Source of the DNA: Mobula hypostoma
Lineage: Eukaryota
Length of the DNA stretch: 64,000 bases
Assembly (NCBI RefSeq): GCF_963921235.1
Contig: NC_086097.1
Span: 173,602,001-173,666,000, forward strand
Direction of reading: 5' to 3'
In this document: piece after piece, positions 24,411 to 38,189 of the stretch
Numbering within the stretch: the stretch's first letter is position 1
Layout of the letters: every line of letters begins with the position of its first letter
Notes under the pieces: model-generated
Databases searched by the model: none
What the model saw: only the letters and a program-made list of their open reading frames with translations
What the model was told of the DNA's origin: nothing
Translations under genes and position numbers: made by a program

Positions 24411-27400
24411 CATCTTGGTATAGATAGAAGAGACCACACAGATCAGGTCACCATGGACTAGATGGGCCAAAGGGGTGCTTCTCTGCTGTAGTATTCTATG
24501 TCTCATCTTGTGAAGTTACTGATCCACCTAATGCAATGGTACTGATTACCACTGCATTATCTCTATCATCCCATCTATATTGTCAAATGTCTACCACGTC
24601 CATTTTAATTGAGCAAACTAGAAATATATTAATAGTTAAAATAAATCAAGGTTGACACTTACTTAAGTGGGAAATCTTTCAATTCCCTCTGGGCTTTAGC
24701 CATGTGCAGAATGGGCTGCAGCTGAGCTTAAGAACCAATAACTGAGTCCTTGGTTGCAACCAACATAGGACTGTGTTCTTCTACAACTTAGAAAGTTAAT
24801 ATTCTGCAGACTGCTCATATCATCTACTGTCATTTCCTGTTTAGTAGAGTTAAATATTGCAGTTACGGTTGCTGAGAATCATTCAAGTACTGACATTAAG
24901 TTGGAACTAAATTAGAAGCAGCCATATTCTCCAATCTTGGTCAAAGGCTTTCTGAAGCAATCAAAGACCAGACAGAAAAATAAATTGAATTGTAACAATT
25001 TCCAATCCCATTCATTATGCCTCTGTGGTCCCAGTATGGCCTGTACTTGGTTACCACATGTTTAAGAGTGTCGTCATCACACATTGCAATTTGCTTTGTG
25101 GCTGTTCACATGTTTGCAAGTCAGGCTGAATTCTTGGTTCCACTCAAGCACCATTTACAATTGATGACATGTGGCACTGATATGCAGAACAATTGTACGA
25201 AATTACTGGCTAGAGTTACTGAAGGACATCTGTGCAAGAGCTACAAGTACTCAATCATATGCTTGCAACCTGCAGAAGCGGCAAAAACCTTTGAAGTGAT
25301 ACCTACTGCAAGAAGATCAGGATCAACTATTGGCATAGTTGCCTCAACTTCATTCTACTTTGGAACTTAATCTTAAATTATGCAATAAAATGTTGTGTGC
25401 CAGAAGTGTGCAGTGTTATGAAACAGTCTTTTAAATTTGAAAGATTCTGTCACAAAGTCCCAAACTGCTTGGTGGAAAACAGGCCACCACAATTCCACAG
25501 GTTTCCTGTTTCTCACACATCAGAAAACATTTTTTTTAAAACATGGTCTTGTAAGCCTATGTGACAGACTTAAGCAGGAAAATTGCGAAGGAACATTTTT
25601 CCCCTGACAACTTCCAATGATTTCTTTCAATATAGCCTCCTCTGTTTTTAATTTTTTTTAAATATTTAGGTTGCTTTACAGACATTGGTAGGCATTTGTA
25701 AAATATTATTGAGAGTGCTGTTCTAGATGCTAAAATAAATAAAAATTATGTCTCCTTTGTAATATCAGCAGGAAGCTCTGCACCTGTGTAATACAACAGC
25801 TGGCACTTGAAACTTACACGTATGGATTTCAAAAGAAAATTTCTTATTTGTCACTTGGCTGTGATCATTTTATATACTTCCAGTAGAGAAATGCTGGACA
25901 GGAGTCACAGGTGCATATTATAGAGAAGAAGTCAGCAGCTGCAGCTGAGTTGTCCGAAGTTCCTGTCATGCATCCAGGGGATCTCCATAACTATAGCACC
26001 AACCAAATCCAGGGTCAAAAAGAACAATTCAGGTTATCAAAAAATAAGTATATACAGAAGGACAAGATTAATTAGCCACATAAATAATAGAGTATTTCAT
26101 TTGTCTTCAAGTTTTGTTAGGGACAAATCTGGAAAAGACTACACTCATGTTGGCGTCTAAAGACAGGAATACAGTATTAAACAAAGCTGACAACATAACA
26201 AAGCTTGCAAATACCTTCAGATCTTCCCAATTGGCCATACGAGGTCAGATTGCAAGACATCCTGAATCAGAATAATCTGCTACAAAGGGCAGTTACATTT
26301 GGTTCTTGAACTAACCAGCAAAACCCCAATCACTGCAGTTAAGCAACATCATGATCATTTTTATCACTTTGCACTGAAGTGGGTAATTTTTGTTCTAATT
26401 GTGTTCTTTCTTGCAAAAACTGTATTTTATTTAGAATTAAATTATGAATGCTGCTCATCTGAAGCTAAGTGCTTGTCATGCCTCTGAAAGTAAGAGGCTT
26501 GTCATGCCTTTGCACCTGTCCATACATGTACTTCTGCTTATTACAATAAACTTAGTTTTGATGTGGATACCCGATTCTTGTTAAAGCTGTATTTTTTTTG
26601 CTTTGGGTAAAATGACCAACAATATTGGAATTATCCAGAATTAATCCAATATCAGAATTATCCAGATAGTATAGTCCCATAGTTGGGTCCCATGACCCAA
26701 CTGATACTGTCAAGGCATTTATTTTTTACACTGATCAGTTAAGAAGACCAGAATATAAGGAAAATGTAAATACAATTTGTAGAAAAAATAAACTGTGTAA
26801 ATAATATAATAAAAATTTTTAAATAATCTAATAAAAAAAGTGTATTTAATTTAGAGCATATGCATTCTAAAATGCCACATCCATTGCAAGGGCCAGTTTT
26901 AAGCTTCAGACACTGACTGGTTAAGGACACGGCTATCTGAGGGACAACTACCACCAGCACTTCCAAACAATATCATAGGAACTATAAGCAAGGAGCCGTT
27001 CCTTGCCCAATCCATTAGGTAAAGTGCAGCCTTAGGCTGCTTTGTGATCAATAAGTGATAGGAGGTGTGGATTGGCAGCCAAGTTTGAAAAGAATTCGAG
27101 AAAAGTAGAACTGCCTGACTTAATCTAGCCTCCACTCTTCACTCTCTCAATGCCACTGCTGGCTACAGTCTAATCCCTTTTGCTACAAAATGACTCCTGA
27201 GTGCATGGCGAGACTCTAGTATTCCAACGACATGCAAGAACAGGCAGATCTTTATGGACTGCTGATATAGAAAATCTGCTCCATGATCACAATGATTTCT
27301 GTGCATAATGGATGATATGCTGGAACAACAGTTAAATGTTATGACACAGATGGAATTTAGTTAGACCCTTTGGAAGGACCAACCAGGGTAGGTCTTAAAT

Positions 27401-28114
27401 CCATGGAGCAACGGTATGAATGGGTTTTCCGAGAGGTCAAATTTATGGAATTAAGAGGCATGTTGTTAAGTGCTTAGTACTGAATTTCAAATTCCAAAGG
27501 AGAATATTTTAGAAGTTGAGATAATGCTAGCAGTCAGCATTTTTACAAGAGAAGGTTACATCCACTTAGAGCAATAAGAGGGTCTTAACTGAAATAATCA
27601 CAATTCTCAGGGATCTTGACATGGTCAATGTGGCAGATATTTCCAATCATACTAGAATCTAGAACTACAATTACTGTTCAAAAATAAAGGAGCATCAATT
27701 TATACAGAGATAAGACAAAGAATTTTCTCTCAGAAACCAGTGATCCTTTAAAACTCTCTTCCTCAAAGGTTAGTGAAAACAGAGTCTTTAAATATTTTTA
27801 AGGATGTGATAGATTGATACTTCATAAGCAAGGAAGTGAACAGTACTGCAACTGGACAGGAGTGCAGAGTTAAGTTTACAATCTAGTCAGTCATGATCCT
27901 ATAAAAGGTGCATTTATGGAAAGAGAGGTCATGACCTCTTTCTGATTTTATTTAGTTTGTAACACTTGTTTAAGTCTCAATTTTAATTAATGAAATTTAG
28001 TTCAACAATGAATTCTTGATGGAACTATGTAGAACAAGTTTCAAACTGTGACCATATTGAGTAAGATGTTTTGCCACGTTAAGCAGTAATCTTAAATAGC
28101 CATCTTCCAAATTA

Positions 28115-29490
28115 CCAGGAAGAACATGGTAATTTGCCTCAATGAATATCACCCAATAGCACTTACATCCACAGTGATGAAGTGTTTTGAGAGTTTAATA
28201 ATGAAATATATCAACTCCTGCCTGAGACGCAACTTAAATCCACTCCATTTTTCCTACCAGCACAACAGGTCCATAGGAGGTGCCATTTCGTTGGCTTTTC
28301 ATTCAACACTGAACATCTGGACCACAAAGATGCACACATCAGGATGCTTTCAATACTATCATTCCCTCAAAACTGATCAATGAGCTTCAAGCCCTTGGCC
28401 TCAATACCTCCTTGTGCAAATGGATCCTTGATTTCTTACTTGCAGACCACAGTGAGATCAGATTGGCAACAACATCTCCTCCACAATCTCCATCAGCACA
28501 GGTGTGCCACAAGGCTGTGTGCTTAGCCCCCTGCTCTACTCAGTTTACAATTATGACTGTGTGGCTAAGCACAGCTCCAATGTCATATTTAAGTTTGCTG
28601 AGAGCATCACTCTCGTTGGCTGAATCAAAGCTGGTGACAAATCAGGGAGATTGAAAATCAGGCTGAGAGCTGTCACAACAACATCAACAAGACCAAGAAA
28701 CTGATTATTGACCTCAGGACGAGGAAACCAGAAGTCCCTGAACCAGTCCTCATCAGGGAATCAGAGGTGGAGAGGGTTAGTAACTTTAAATTCGTTGGTG
28801 TTTTCATTTCAGAGGACTTGTCCTGGGCCGAGCACATCAATGCAATTATAAAGAAAGCAAGACAGCACCTCAACTTCATCGGAATTGTGAAGATTTGGCA
28901 TGACACCTGAAACTTTGACTAATTTCTAGAGATATGTGCAGAGAGTATATTGACTGACTGCATCACAGCTGGGTATGGAAACACCAATGCCCTTGAATGG
29001 AAAATCCTGCAAAAAGTTGTGGCCCAGTCCATCACAGTAAAGCCCTCCCAACCATTGAGTATATCTACACGTTTCTAGTCGTTTCTCATTGCTGCCATCA
29101 GAAAGAAGGTACAGGAGCCTCCAGACTCACACCAGCACGTTCAGAAAAAATTATCCCTCAACCACCAGGCTCTTGAACCAGAGGGGATAACTTCACTCAA
29201 CTTCACTTGCCCCATCACTGAACTGTTCCCACGACCTATGGACTCACTTTCAAGGACTCTTCATCTCAAGTTCTGGACATTTATTGCTCATTTACTTTTA
29301 TTATTATTATTATTTCTATTTTTTCTTTTTCTATTTGTATAGTTTGTCGTTTTTTGCAGACTGGCTGTCCACCCTGTTGCACAATCTTTCATTGCTTTTA
29401 TTATGGTCATTGGATTAAGTATGCCTGCAAGGAAATGAATGGTGACATATACTTACTTGGATAAAAAAAATTACTTTTAACTTTGAACTT
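28115..29490 (+). mobile_element. Degraded Rex1/Babar-type LINE (RT plus 3' UTR)
   Basis: CLNEYHPIALTSTVMKCFE, WILDFL and ccacaaggctgtgtgcttagccc (PQG); tail ttttaactttgaactt. Confidence 0.85.
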
Positions 29491-30120
29491 CAAATAAATT
29501 TCAGTCCCTAACCACTTATTAAGCAAAAAGACTTCCAGCTTAAGTGGTGTCTTGAATGGATAATTTCCCTTACTTTCTTTACTTACGATTTCAAATGTTA
29601 CATATACAAAAGCAATGATGCATTATAAGCAAGAAGACAGTGCAAAGAACTAGCGGTTACACTAAGAAATATTGCTTTTACACCAGAAGACAAATAATAA
29701 ATTGCTGGGAGCTGTATACATTTTCTTCCATATTCTCTAAATGGTAATTTTGCATTATTTAATTCAAAACTTGCATTTGGAGTCTTGTCCAAGCTTCTTA
29801 AGAATTGGATGTTTTTTTTTAAAGATTTAAGGCAGAAACCATGTTGACAGGTTTAATATTCACAGGAATCTAGTCACAAAAATTGTCAATTTTAATAACA
29901 CTAAGCGGTCACCCAGAAAACTATTACAACAGTACATAATCTTAAAAAACTACCATTCAAAATTAAGTACATTGCATGTGCTGGCACAAATGGCCAAAAT
30001 TAATAAACTAGTACTTTGAGATATTTCCTAAAAATATCTCTGCCTTAACTGCTTAGAAATGACCTGCATCATATTTTGAATCAAACTAGACTGACAAAAA
30101 TATTAAATATTAAGTGAATA

Positions 30121-30743
30121 CGGGAGGAGGGAGATCAGCGCGCTGCACGTGCGCAGCCCTCCAGTGAAAAATGATATCATATCCATTAAATAGAGGTCAT
30201 GGACAATTCTGATTTGATGGAGACGGAGGTGAAAGCACAGAGGAACATCTGGAGAAATTTCTGAAACGCTCATTCGCTGCTGTCGTAACTGCGCGGTCGG
30301 GAATCTTCCACAGGGAAGGCCTCAAAATCCCCGGCATTGCCTGCTGTTGGCGATCGAGATTGAGGTCAAATCGTTCGGACAGAGATGGCACTCAGTACTC
30401 GGTGTCGGTGAGCTGATTCGGAGGCTCGAAGTTTTCGGATGACTCAGAGACGGATTGTGGTCGGGCATGGCAGGGAGAGTTTTTCTTCCTTCTCCCATCT
30501 GTGTGAGATGTGGGACATTTGAGTGACTTTGAACTTTTTACTGTGCTCATGGACTTCTTTATCAGGTTATGGTATTGTTGCACGGTTGTAACTATATGTT
30601 ATAATTATGTGGTTTTGACAGTTTTTTCAGTCTTGGTCTGTCCTGTGTATTGTGATATCACACTGGAGGAAATATTGTATCGTTTCTTAATGCATGCATT
30701 ACTAAATGACAATAAAAGAAGACTGCATGTCTTCATAATCTAA
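30121..30743 (+). mobile_element. CpG-rich non-coding interspersed element with a LINE-like 3' end (unclassified, probably non-autonomous)
   Basis: Sharp GC/CpG contrast with the flanks, a T-rich 3' part ending tgacaataaaagaagactgcatgtcttcataatctaa, and no recognisable TE protein motif. Confidence 0.5.
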
Positions 30744-32554
30744 AATATTTACTACATTGCAAAAACAGTGAAATAATTATAGCATCAACTATTTGGGTAT
30801 TTTAATTTTTCAAAATTATATTAGGCCCTATATTACAACACATGAATAATCAGGACGAGATCAAATGGAGAACTTAAGTGATGGCTAGTTATCTGGTTAG
30901 AAACAGATTAATCTGAGGACAAATGGTACTTTGGCCAATATATACTTAAACATAAAGCTTAATGTTTTCTCAAATATTATTAAAATAAACATGAGGTAGT
31001 TGAAGTTAAACCCACAATATGAATATATTCATAGCATTGCTTCTGTGTACCACTGGATTGCTTAAACAATTGAACACACCAGCCAAGCGAAATAAATAAA
31101 TCTCATTTGGGATCATAACAAAAGGAAATATAGATTACCAGTAAACACATCAATCTAAAAATCAGCAAAAGTTAAAAGACAGAGATGTACTTCTGGGTAT
31201 ATTCCACAAGATGTCCCAATTAAAAATTGGGTTGAAATAATACAAAGGGAGGCAATTAGAAACATGAATTGTATTAAATTGTATTAAACAGTCCTTAATT
31301 TATGAAGGAGGAATCAATGAAAACTAGCCTGCATTCACAGTGAATTGATCGCACTGAAACAGATTCTGAGAGAGACAAATCTAAAAGTAAGACAGGACGG
31401 TCCAGAAAGAAAATCCTAATCTTTCTTCCCTCAGAATGACATAAATAAGTCTAAATCAAAATATAAAATGTTATTAATTAATTTTGATAAATTTATTTTT
31501 CCCTTTAAATTAAATTTTTAAAATCAATGCACATGTCGATTAAATTACCACCTTTCCATTTCCCTCACCAAATATCCATCCAATAAGAGAAGCAATTTTG
31601 GTTATGTATTTCAATTCAGCAGTGTCTTTACTTTAGCTTAGGTTTAAGACAAGATCAATATATTTTGTCCATCTATTCTACTGCAATTCATCAGTGCTAA
31701 GCATGCATATTCATGTTTTGCAATCCTTCCATCACTCTGATCCTCTCTATCATTAACCATCTTCTATCCATGTTTTACATTCAACCCAAATTCGACTTTC
31801 GAATTCTACAGGAGCTAATCATATTTCTGGCACATGATCAAGCATTTTCATAAAATCAAATGTACAGTAATTTAGAACAATCACACAGCTAGTATAATAT
31901 ACTGTTCAATGGCAAAAGATCTCCTTTTCCATAAAGTAAATAATGATTTTTTTTATTACTCAATCAAGATAGATGTTAATACACCTTACCTCTCATGATC
32001 TCATCTAGCAATTTTCCTACCAATGAAATAATTTTTCAGCTCTGACCAGGCATGAAAAAGAGCAAGTACAGGTCAGAACAGCAAAAGTGGATGCTGTTAC
32101 ATTTGTGATTATGACCAAACAAGTAAGTAATTTAAGTCATTTTCACTCCTGGTTCAGATTAACTTTCATCTGTTAGAATTGCATAGCATATGGTGCAAAG
32201 TTACAGGACTTTTGGTCCAAAGTATCTGCACTGATGTTTCTGCTCAACACAGAATCAACATGCACAGAGTTGGCTTCAGATCACGTCACATTCCAGTTAG
32301 AACATATGAAACAGAAGGATTAGGTAACTTGGCCATTTGCACCTGTCATGCCACTCAATCAGGTCATGCCAGATCCTTTACAACCACACCCCTTTAGCCT
32401 TCCCCCTTGATATCCCAATATCTATCAATTTTTGTACTGAATTCCTTTAAAGGACACTGGTGATGCCACTTATGCAACACTGCATACATGTCTTGTCTCC
32501 CTAAGAAAGGATATACTTAAAAGAAGAGGGTATGCAACAAGAATTCACAAGAAC

Positions 32555-33360
32555 AACACATACAAAATGCTGGAGGAACTTAGCCAGTTAGGCAGGGTCT
32601 ATGGAAGGGAATAAATAGTCGAAGTTTAAAGTTGTGACCCTTCATCAAAACTGGAAAGGAAGGGGGCAGAAGCCAGCAGGGGAAGGTGGGCGGGTTGGTG
32701 GGGAGGCAGGATTAAGTAAGAAGCTGGTAGGAGTTTGGTGGAAGAGATAAAGGGTTGAAGAAGAATGAATCTGGTAGGAGAGGACAATAGACCTGGAAGA
32801 AAGGAGGAGGGGAACCAGAGAGAAGTAATAATATATGAATATACATATATATTAATAAGTTAAATTGAATAAGTAGCGTGAAAAGAGAAAAAAAATGAGG
32901 TAATGTTCATTGGTTCAATGCCGATTGAGAAATCTGATGGCAGGGGGGAGGAAACCATTCCTGAATCATTGAGTATGTGTCTTCAGACTCCTACACTTCT
33001 TCCCCGATGGTAGCAATGAGAAGAGAGCATGTCCTGGGTGATGGGGGCCCTTAATGATGGATACTGCCTTTTTGAGGAATCACTCCTTAAAAATGTCCTG
33101 GGTGCTGGGGAAGCTAGTGCCCATGATGGAGCTGACTGAGCTTACAACCTTTTGCAGCTCATTTTGATCCTGTGCAGTGCCACTCCCCCATACCAGATGG
33201 TGATGTAGCCAGTTCGAAATCAATTTTCATGCCATCAGATTGGAGGCTACCCAGATAGAATACAAGGCATTGTTCCTGTAAGCTGAATTTAGCCTCATCA
33301 TAACAGTCCTGTCCATGGCCTTCACTACTACCTACAGCAGCTGCAGAATCTCTTGTGTTT
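32555..33360 (-). mobile_element. Old Penelope-like terminal repeat/GIY-YIG relic, interrupted by a minus-strand Rex1-type fragment (~32830-33212)
   Basis: Starts caacacatacaaaatgctggaggaact and ends with the tail ctgcagaatctcttgtgttt. Confidence 0.65.
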
Positions 33361-33499
33361 ATAAAAAAGAACAATTTACTGCGACTGAAATGTTTATTGA
33401 GCTGAGTCCCAGAGTATGAAGATATAATAATAACTGAACCTTGAACATAAAGATCTTCCTTCCACCAGAATACACAATTAAAACTGGTTGTAAAAATAA

Positions 33500-33810
33500 A
33501 ACACACAAAATGCTGAAGGAACACAGTCTGTCAGGAAACGTTTATGGAAATGAATAAACAGTCATCGTTTCAAGCCAAGACCCTTCTTCAGGACTGAAAA
33601 GGGGTTGCTCCGGGTGGCAGAAGAGGAGGTCCTCATCCAACATATCGGAATGAAAATGAAAATCGGAATTAAACTGTTTGGCCACAGTTAGTTCTGCTTT
33701 TGGCAGGTGGACTGCAGGTGCTCTATGAAGCAGTCCCCCAATTTACGACAGGTCTCACCATTGTAGAGGCAGTCACATCGTGAAGACCAGACACAATAAA
33801 CAACCCAGAA
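33500..33810 (-). mobile_element. Old Penelope-like relic
   Basis: aacacacaaaatgctgaaggaacac...gacccttcttcaggactg, then sequence similar to the GIY-YIG region at 9930-10090. Confidence 0.6.
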
Positions 33811-33899
33811 GATTTGCAGAAGGGTTACATTTGCACCATGTAAAGTAATATATTACAGTTGAACTCCAACCTCAAAGAAAGAGAAGTGAGATTTGTGAG

Positions 33900-34790
33900 A
33901 TGATCGTGGAGAATGCTAATTTGCAAGGGCAATTTGACATAAAGAAAAAGATGGTGTTTGGTCTCTTGAAGAATGTTAAGATGGACAAGTCATTAGGGCC
34001 TAATGGGTATATCCCAGATTATACAGAGAGAAGCAAATGATGAGATTAATGAGTTCTTGGGTCCTCTCTAGCCAGAGGACTGGCGAGTAGCTAATATTGT
34101 TTCTTTGTTCAAGAGGAGAAATAGGTATGATCCTGGAATTTATAGACCATTGAGACCAATGTCATCAGTGGAGAAACTTTGAAGAGGATTCTTAAGGATC
34201 TTCTGCATCCTGCAGACAGTTCATGAAACTACTTCCTTTACTTTTTCTATCAAATATGATTCTACCACTACTATGTGTACGATTGGAACCTGTGACTTAC
34301 ACTTTGAAAATGTGTTTTTGGGCCAACTGAGTGACCTGGTGCTCTGCTGCCTCTGAAAGTGTTTGGTGTGGTTGGGAGTAGATTGTGTGGCCTGGAGGCC
34401 GAGAAGGCTAGACATGGGGTGCAAACCAATGATCGACTCCACTGCTTCTCTCCAACTGGGGCATCCAGCAAGGTTCAATTTGACTTGCTGAACTGAATTA
34501 CACTGAATACTACTGACTCCTGGTTTGATATTCTATGTGTTCTTTGCTTATTTTTTGCCATTTGTGCAATTGGTTCTATTTTGCACCTTAGGTGTTTGAT
34601 GTTTTCTTGAACAAATTCCATTATGTTTCTTTGTTTCATAGCTGCCTGCAGGAGGACAAATCTCAGAGATGTATTCTGCATACATACTTTGACAATAAAT
34701 ATACTTTGAACTTTAGGCATAGGATTTATGAGCATCTGGAAAACCATGGCCTAATTAGGAATAGCCTATATGGCTTTGACCAATAAAAAA
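33900..34790 (+). mobile_element. CR1 fragment interrupted by a non-coding element with a Rex1-type tail (~34200-34713)
   Basis: CR1 gaggactggcgagtagctaatattg...gaggattctt resumes as taggcataggatttatgagcatc after the tail aataaatatactttgaactt. Confidence 0.6.
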
Positions 34791-35499
34791 AATTCAAGTC
34801 ATGTCTTATCAGGGTAGACATGTTAAATACTGGAGGATTTGGAGGGAATGGAGGGATATTGATCATGTGCAGGCAGAAGAGATTTAGTTCAATGAGATAG
34901 TGTGTTTTGCACAGACATTGTGGGCTGAAGGGCCCGTCTCAAGCTGCACTGTTGTATGATTAGTCATGAACCTGACCACTATTTACTCCTTACCTATACA
35001 TCAGTTCAACCTTCTAAATCCCAATCCAGTTGTAGCTAACTGGACCCGACCACCAAAAAGTTTCCGCCCAGTTAATGTCCATCTTGAGCAACTGAACCAT
35101 TTCTAGCTCAGGCAGCTGTCAGTAAATGAATGCTGAAAGCACAGGATTAAAGAGGTTTGGTATACAGGGCAGGGAACATTCTTTATTGGAGAGAGCTGCG
35201 ACATTACTGTTCCTCAGATGTGTGGCTGTTGCAGAAGCAACACTGTCTTTTAGAGTTAGATTGGATCAGTGGATGAAAAAAATATATGAACAGAAATAGG
35301 AAAAATATGGGTGAATATGATAAGAAATATTTCTTTGTGGTGCATTAACAGTAATAGGGTGGTCTGAATCTGAATTGTCTGAGCGGAAGCAATTGCCTCA
35401 GCAGCATGGGAGTTCATTAGATGGCCTATTCTGATGAGATCAGCATGTTTAATGGAAAGAGTAAACTTCAGCATTAGGGTCAGAGTTCCAAAATTCATT

Positions 35500-35970
35500 C
35501 ATGTCAGTTATCTCAGTACATGAAGATCAAGAAGGACATAGTTTGTCTGGGTAACTACAAAAATCCTGGCAGAAGCACAAAACAAGAAATCAAGAAGCTC
35601 TATTAACAAGCATAATGAGCTGGACACAATTTATGAACCTATGCGTTTGCAAGATCAGCGCCAAAGCGTGAGCTGTGAACACCTGAGAAACCAACGCTCA
35701 CAGAGACTGTTAACCATGGATGTAGGCCAGCGGAAATCACTCAGCTATCTGGTTGGCCAAGACCCAGCAGAGATTCGTGGCCAGCGTGACAGCCAACCAA
35801 TTAGAACAACTAGTTGAACCAATATAAACATAAACACTCGGCAGAAACAACACTCAATTGTGCACTGATGATATCGCCACCACTGGTGATGAAACGCTTG
35901 TCGGCCAACAAGCAGGATTGGCGAACAACCCTACAAACATGCAGCCAAACGGAGATAGCAATCTTCTCTT
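35500..35970 (+). mobile_element. Second Penelope-like family: GIY-YIG C-terminus and terminal repeat with a degenerate hammerhead
   Basis: SVISVHEDQEGHS..W.TTKILAEAQNKKSR..SINKHNELDTIYEP. Then GCA-CUGAUGA-U-AUCGCCA(CCAC)UGGUGAU-GAAA-CG-CU-UGU at 35862-35901. Confidence 0.65.
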
Positions 35971-36812
35971 TCATTTCTAATTCATGTTCTCTTTAATTCT
36001 CTTTGACATCATTATCCTGCTAAATCACGACTGTATCACATTTTATTAATATAATGATATGTTAAAAAAACCTTAAACTTTTACAATACATGTTAAATGC
36101 AGTTGGTGATTGTGGCAATCTTAGTCATCTCTCAATAAAGTTCTTACAAAAATGCTGCTCATGAAAAAAATAAGAGCGATCTAAAAATTGTAAAAGTTAA
36201 TTAGATTTCATTCTCCCCTGCCAAGCACAAGCTGGAAATTGTCAGTTTTCACCAAACAAGTTTGAAATCACATATAAGTCACTACCTACCATCACTGTTA
36301 CCACACCATACTATAACTTAACTTAACACACCATCTCCAGAGATGTAGAGAAGAGATATGTGAACATAGTACGTAACAGCAGGAATATGCTAATTGAGCC
36401 TTGAACCTGCTCTGTCATTTATCAAGATCATGACTAATCTACTAGGCATAATTTTCTCCCTCTAATCCCATATCCCTTGAAATTCTCTATGATTCAGAAT
36501 TAGGAGGCCCAAAGGTCAAAGTCCTGCAATCCTGTAAGCCAGGTCAGCAGGAGCTGGGGATAGAGACCAACGATCCCTAGGTCAGCAAGCCCTGGATCTG
36601 AGGCCCATACAGATGGGAGCCACGAGGACCAGTGACTCCCTGCCCCCAGGGAAACCAGGGTTGGATGCTCAAAAGATCAAATACGTAATCAAGGAGTCCT
36701 GGGATAAATACGTGGAAATCGACAAAGTCTGGAGGGTAAAGATGAAGGATCCAGTTTGTTGAATTTCTCTGCCCTTGTCTTAATCATTACAATTTCTCCC
36801 ATCTCGATCATA

Positions 36813-37305
36813 CACTCAGTGGCTACTTTATTATTTACCTCCTGTACCTCTAAAGTGGGCACTGAGTCTACGTTCATGATCTTCTGCTGTTGTAGTCCAT
36901 CCACTTCAAGGTTCCAAATGTTGTGCATTCAGACATGCTCTTCTGCACACCACTGTTCTCACGCGTCGCTGGAGATACTGTTGCCTTCCTGTCAGTTTGA
37001 ACCAGGTCTGGACATTCTCCTATGACCTCTGTCTTTAACAAGCTGCTCTCGCCCACAGAAATGATGCTCGCTGGATTTTTTTTGGTCTTCGCACCATTCT
37101 CTAGAAACTGTTGTGCATAAAACCCCCAGGAGATCAGCAGTTTCTGAGATACTCAAACCACCCTGTCTAGCACCACCAATCATTCCAAGTCTGATGTCTG
37201 GTCTGAGCAACAAATGAACCTCTTGACCACGTCAACATGCTTTTATGCACTGAGTTGCTGCCACAAGATTGGTTGATTAGATATTCGCATTAATGAGCAG
37301 GCATA
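36813..37305 (-). mobile_element. Tc1-family transposon deletion derivative (N-terminal DNA-binding region)
   Basis: GMIGGARQGGLSISETADLLG..TTVSREWCEDQKKSS and VQTDRKATV...TLKWMDY peptides; ta|cactcagtggc TIR. Confidence 0.8.
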
Positions 37306-37339
37306 TCTAACACGGAGATTAGAGTTAAACTGCACAGAA

Positions 37340-38025
37340 ACACAACCACCACCCTCTGTGTGGAAAAAGGTTCTTTTTAAATAATTGCCACTCACTTTAA
37401 ACCTATGGCCTCTGGTTTTAAATTCCCCGACATTGATAAAAGACTAGGACAATCCACCTTATCTATGCCCCTTAGCCTCCTACTCCCTGCAGGAAAAAAA
37501 TTCCCATCCTATCCAACCTCCCCTTATAACTCAAGTCCCCCAGTCCCAGTAACATTCTTGTGAACTTTTTCTGTACATTTTCCAGTTTAGTAACATTATA
37601 TATCTGGGCCATTAGGACTGCAAACAATACTCCAAAGGTGAACTGTAGTACAGTAATTTTCTGCAGTTGCAACATAACATCCCAACTCCATCATTATTGA
37701 TAAGAGGCATAGAATAGACAGCCAGCGCTCTTTTCTAAGAGTGGAAATGGCTGATATGAGAGGGCATAATTTTAAGGTAACCGGAGAAAAGAATTCGGAG
37801 AGAGTCAGAGGAAGCTTTTTTTTTTAAACACAGTAAGTTCATGGAACACCTTGTCAGAGATGGTGATAGAGCCAGATACATCAGGAGACTCTTATATAGG
37901 AACATGGATGAAAAAAAAGAGGGCTATGAAAGAGGGAGGTGTAAGATTTATCTCAGAGTAGGTTAAAATGTTGACACAACATCATGGGCCAACGAAGCTA
38001 TACTATGCTGTACATTTTATGTTCA
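37340..38025. mobile_element. Two adjacent CR1 3' fragments in opposite orientations
   Basis: Minus: KLENVQKKFTRMLLGL. Plus: gagggcataattttaagg...gggccaacgaagctatactatgctgta tail. Confidence 0.65.
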
Positions 38026-38189
38026 AACTCTGGTGCCATGAAACACAGAAATGCTTTACAGGCAGGAAACAAAAACAATTCTATTATTAACACTTTTTCT
38101 GTAGTACAATCACTGCATCCCACAGCCAGTGATTTCCTTTTGGGAGTTGTGCTATTGAACCGTCTGTACAATCTTGCATTTTTGTGGTG

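Noticed and set aside
25017..25370. 117-aa plus-strand ORF
   Set aside because: No recognisable domain or splice context; the length is within chance expectation.
37340..38025. Possible twin-primed inverted CR1
   Set aside because: The two pieces cover overlapping parts of the element and differ in sequence, so they are more likely separate insertions.
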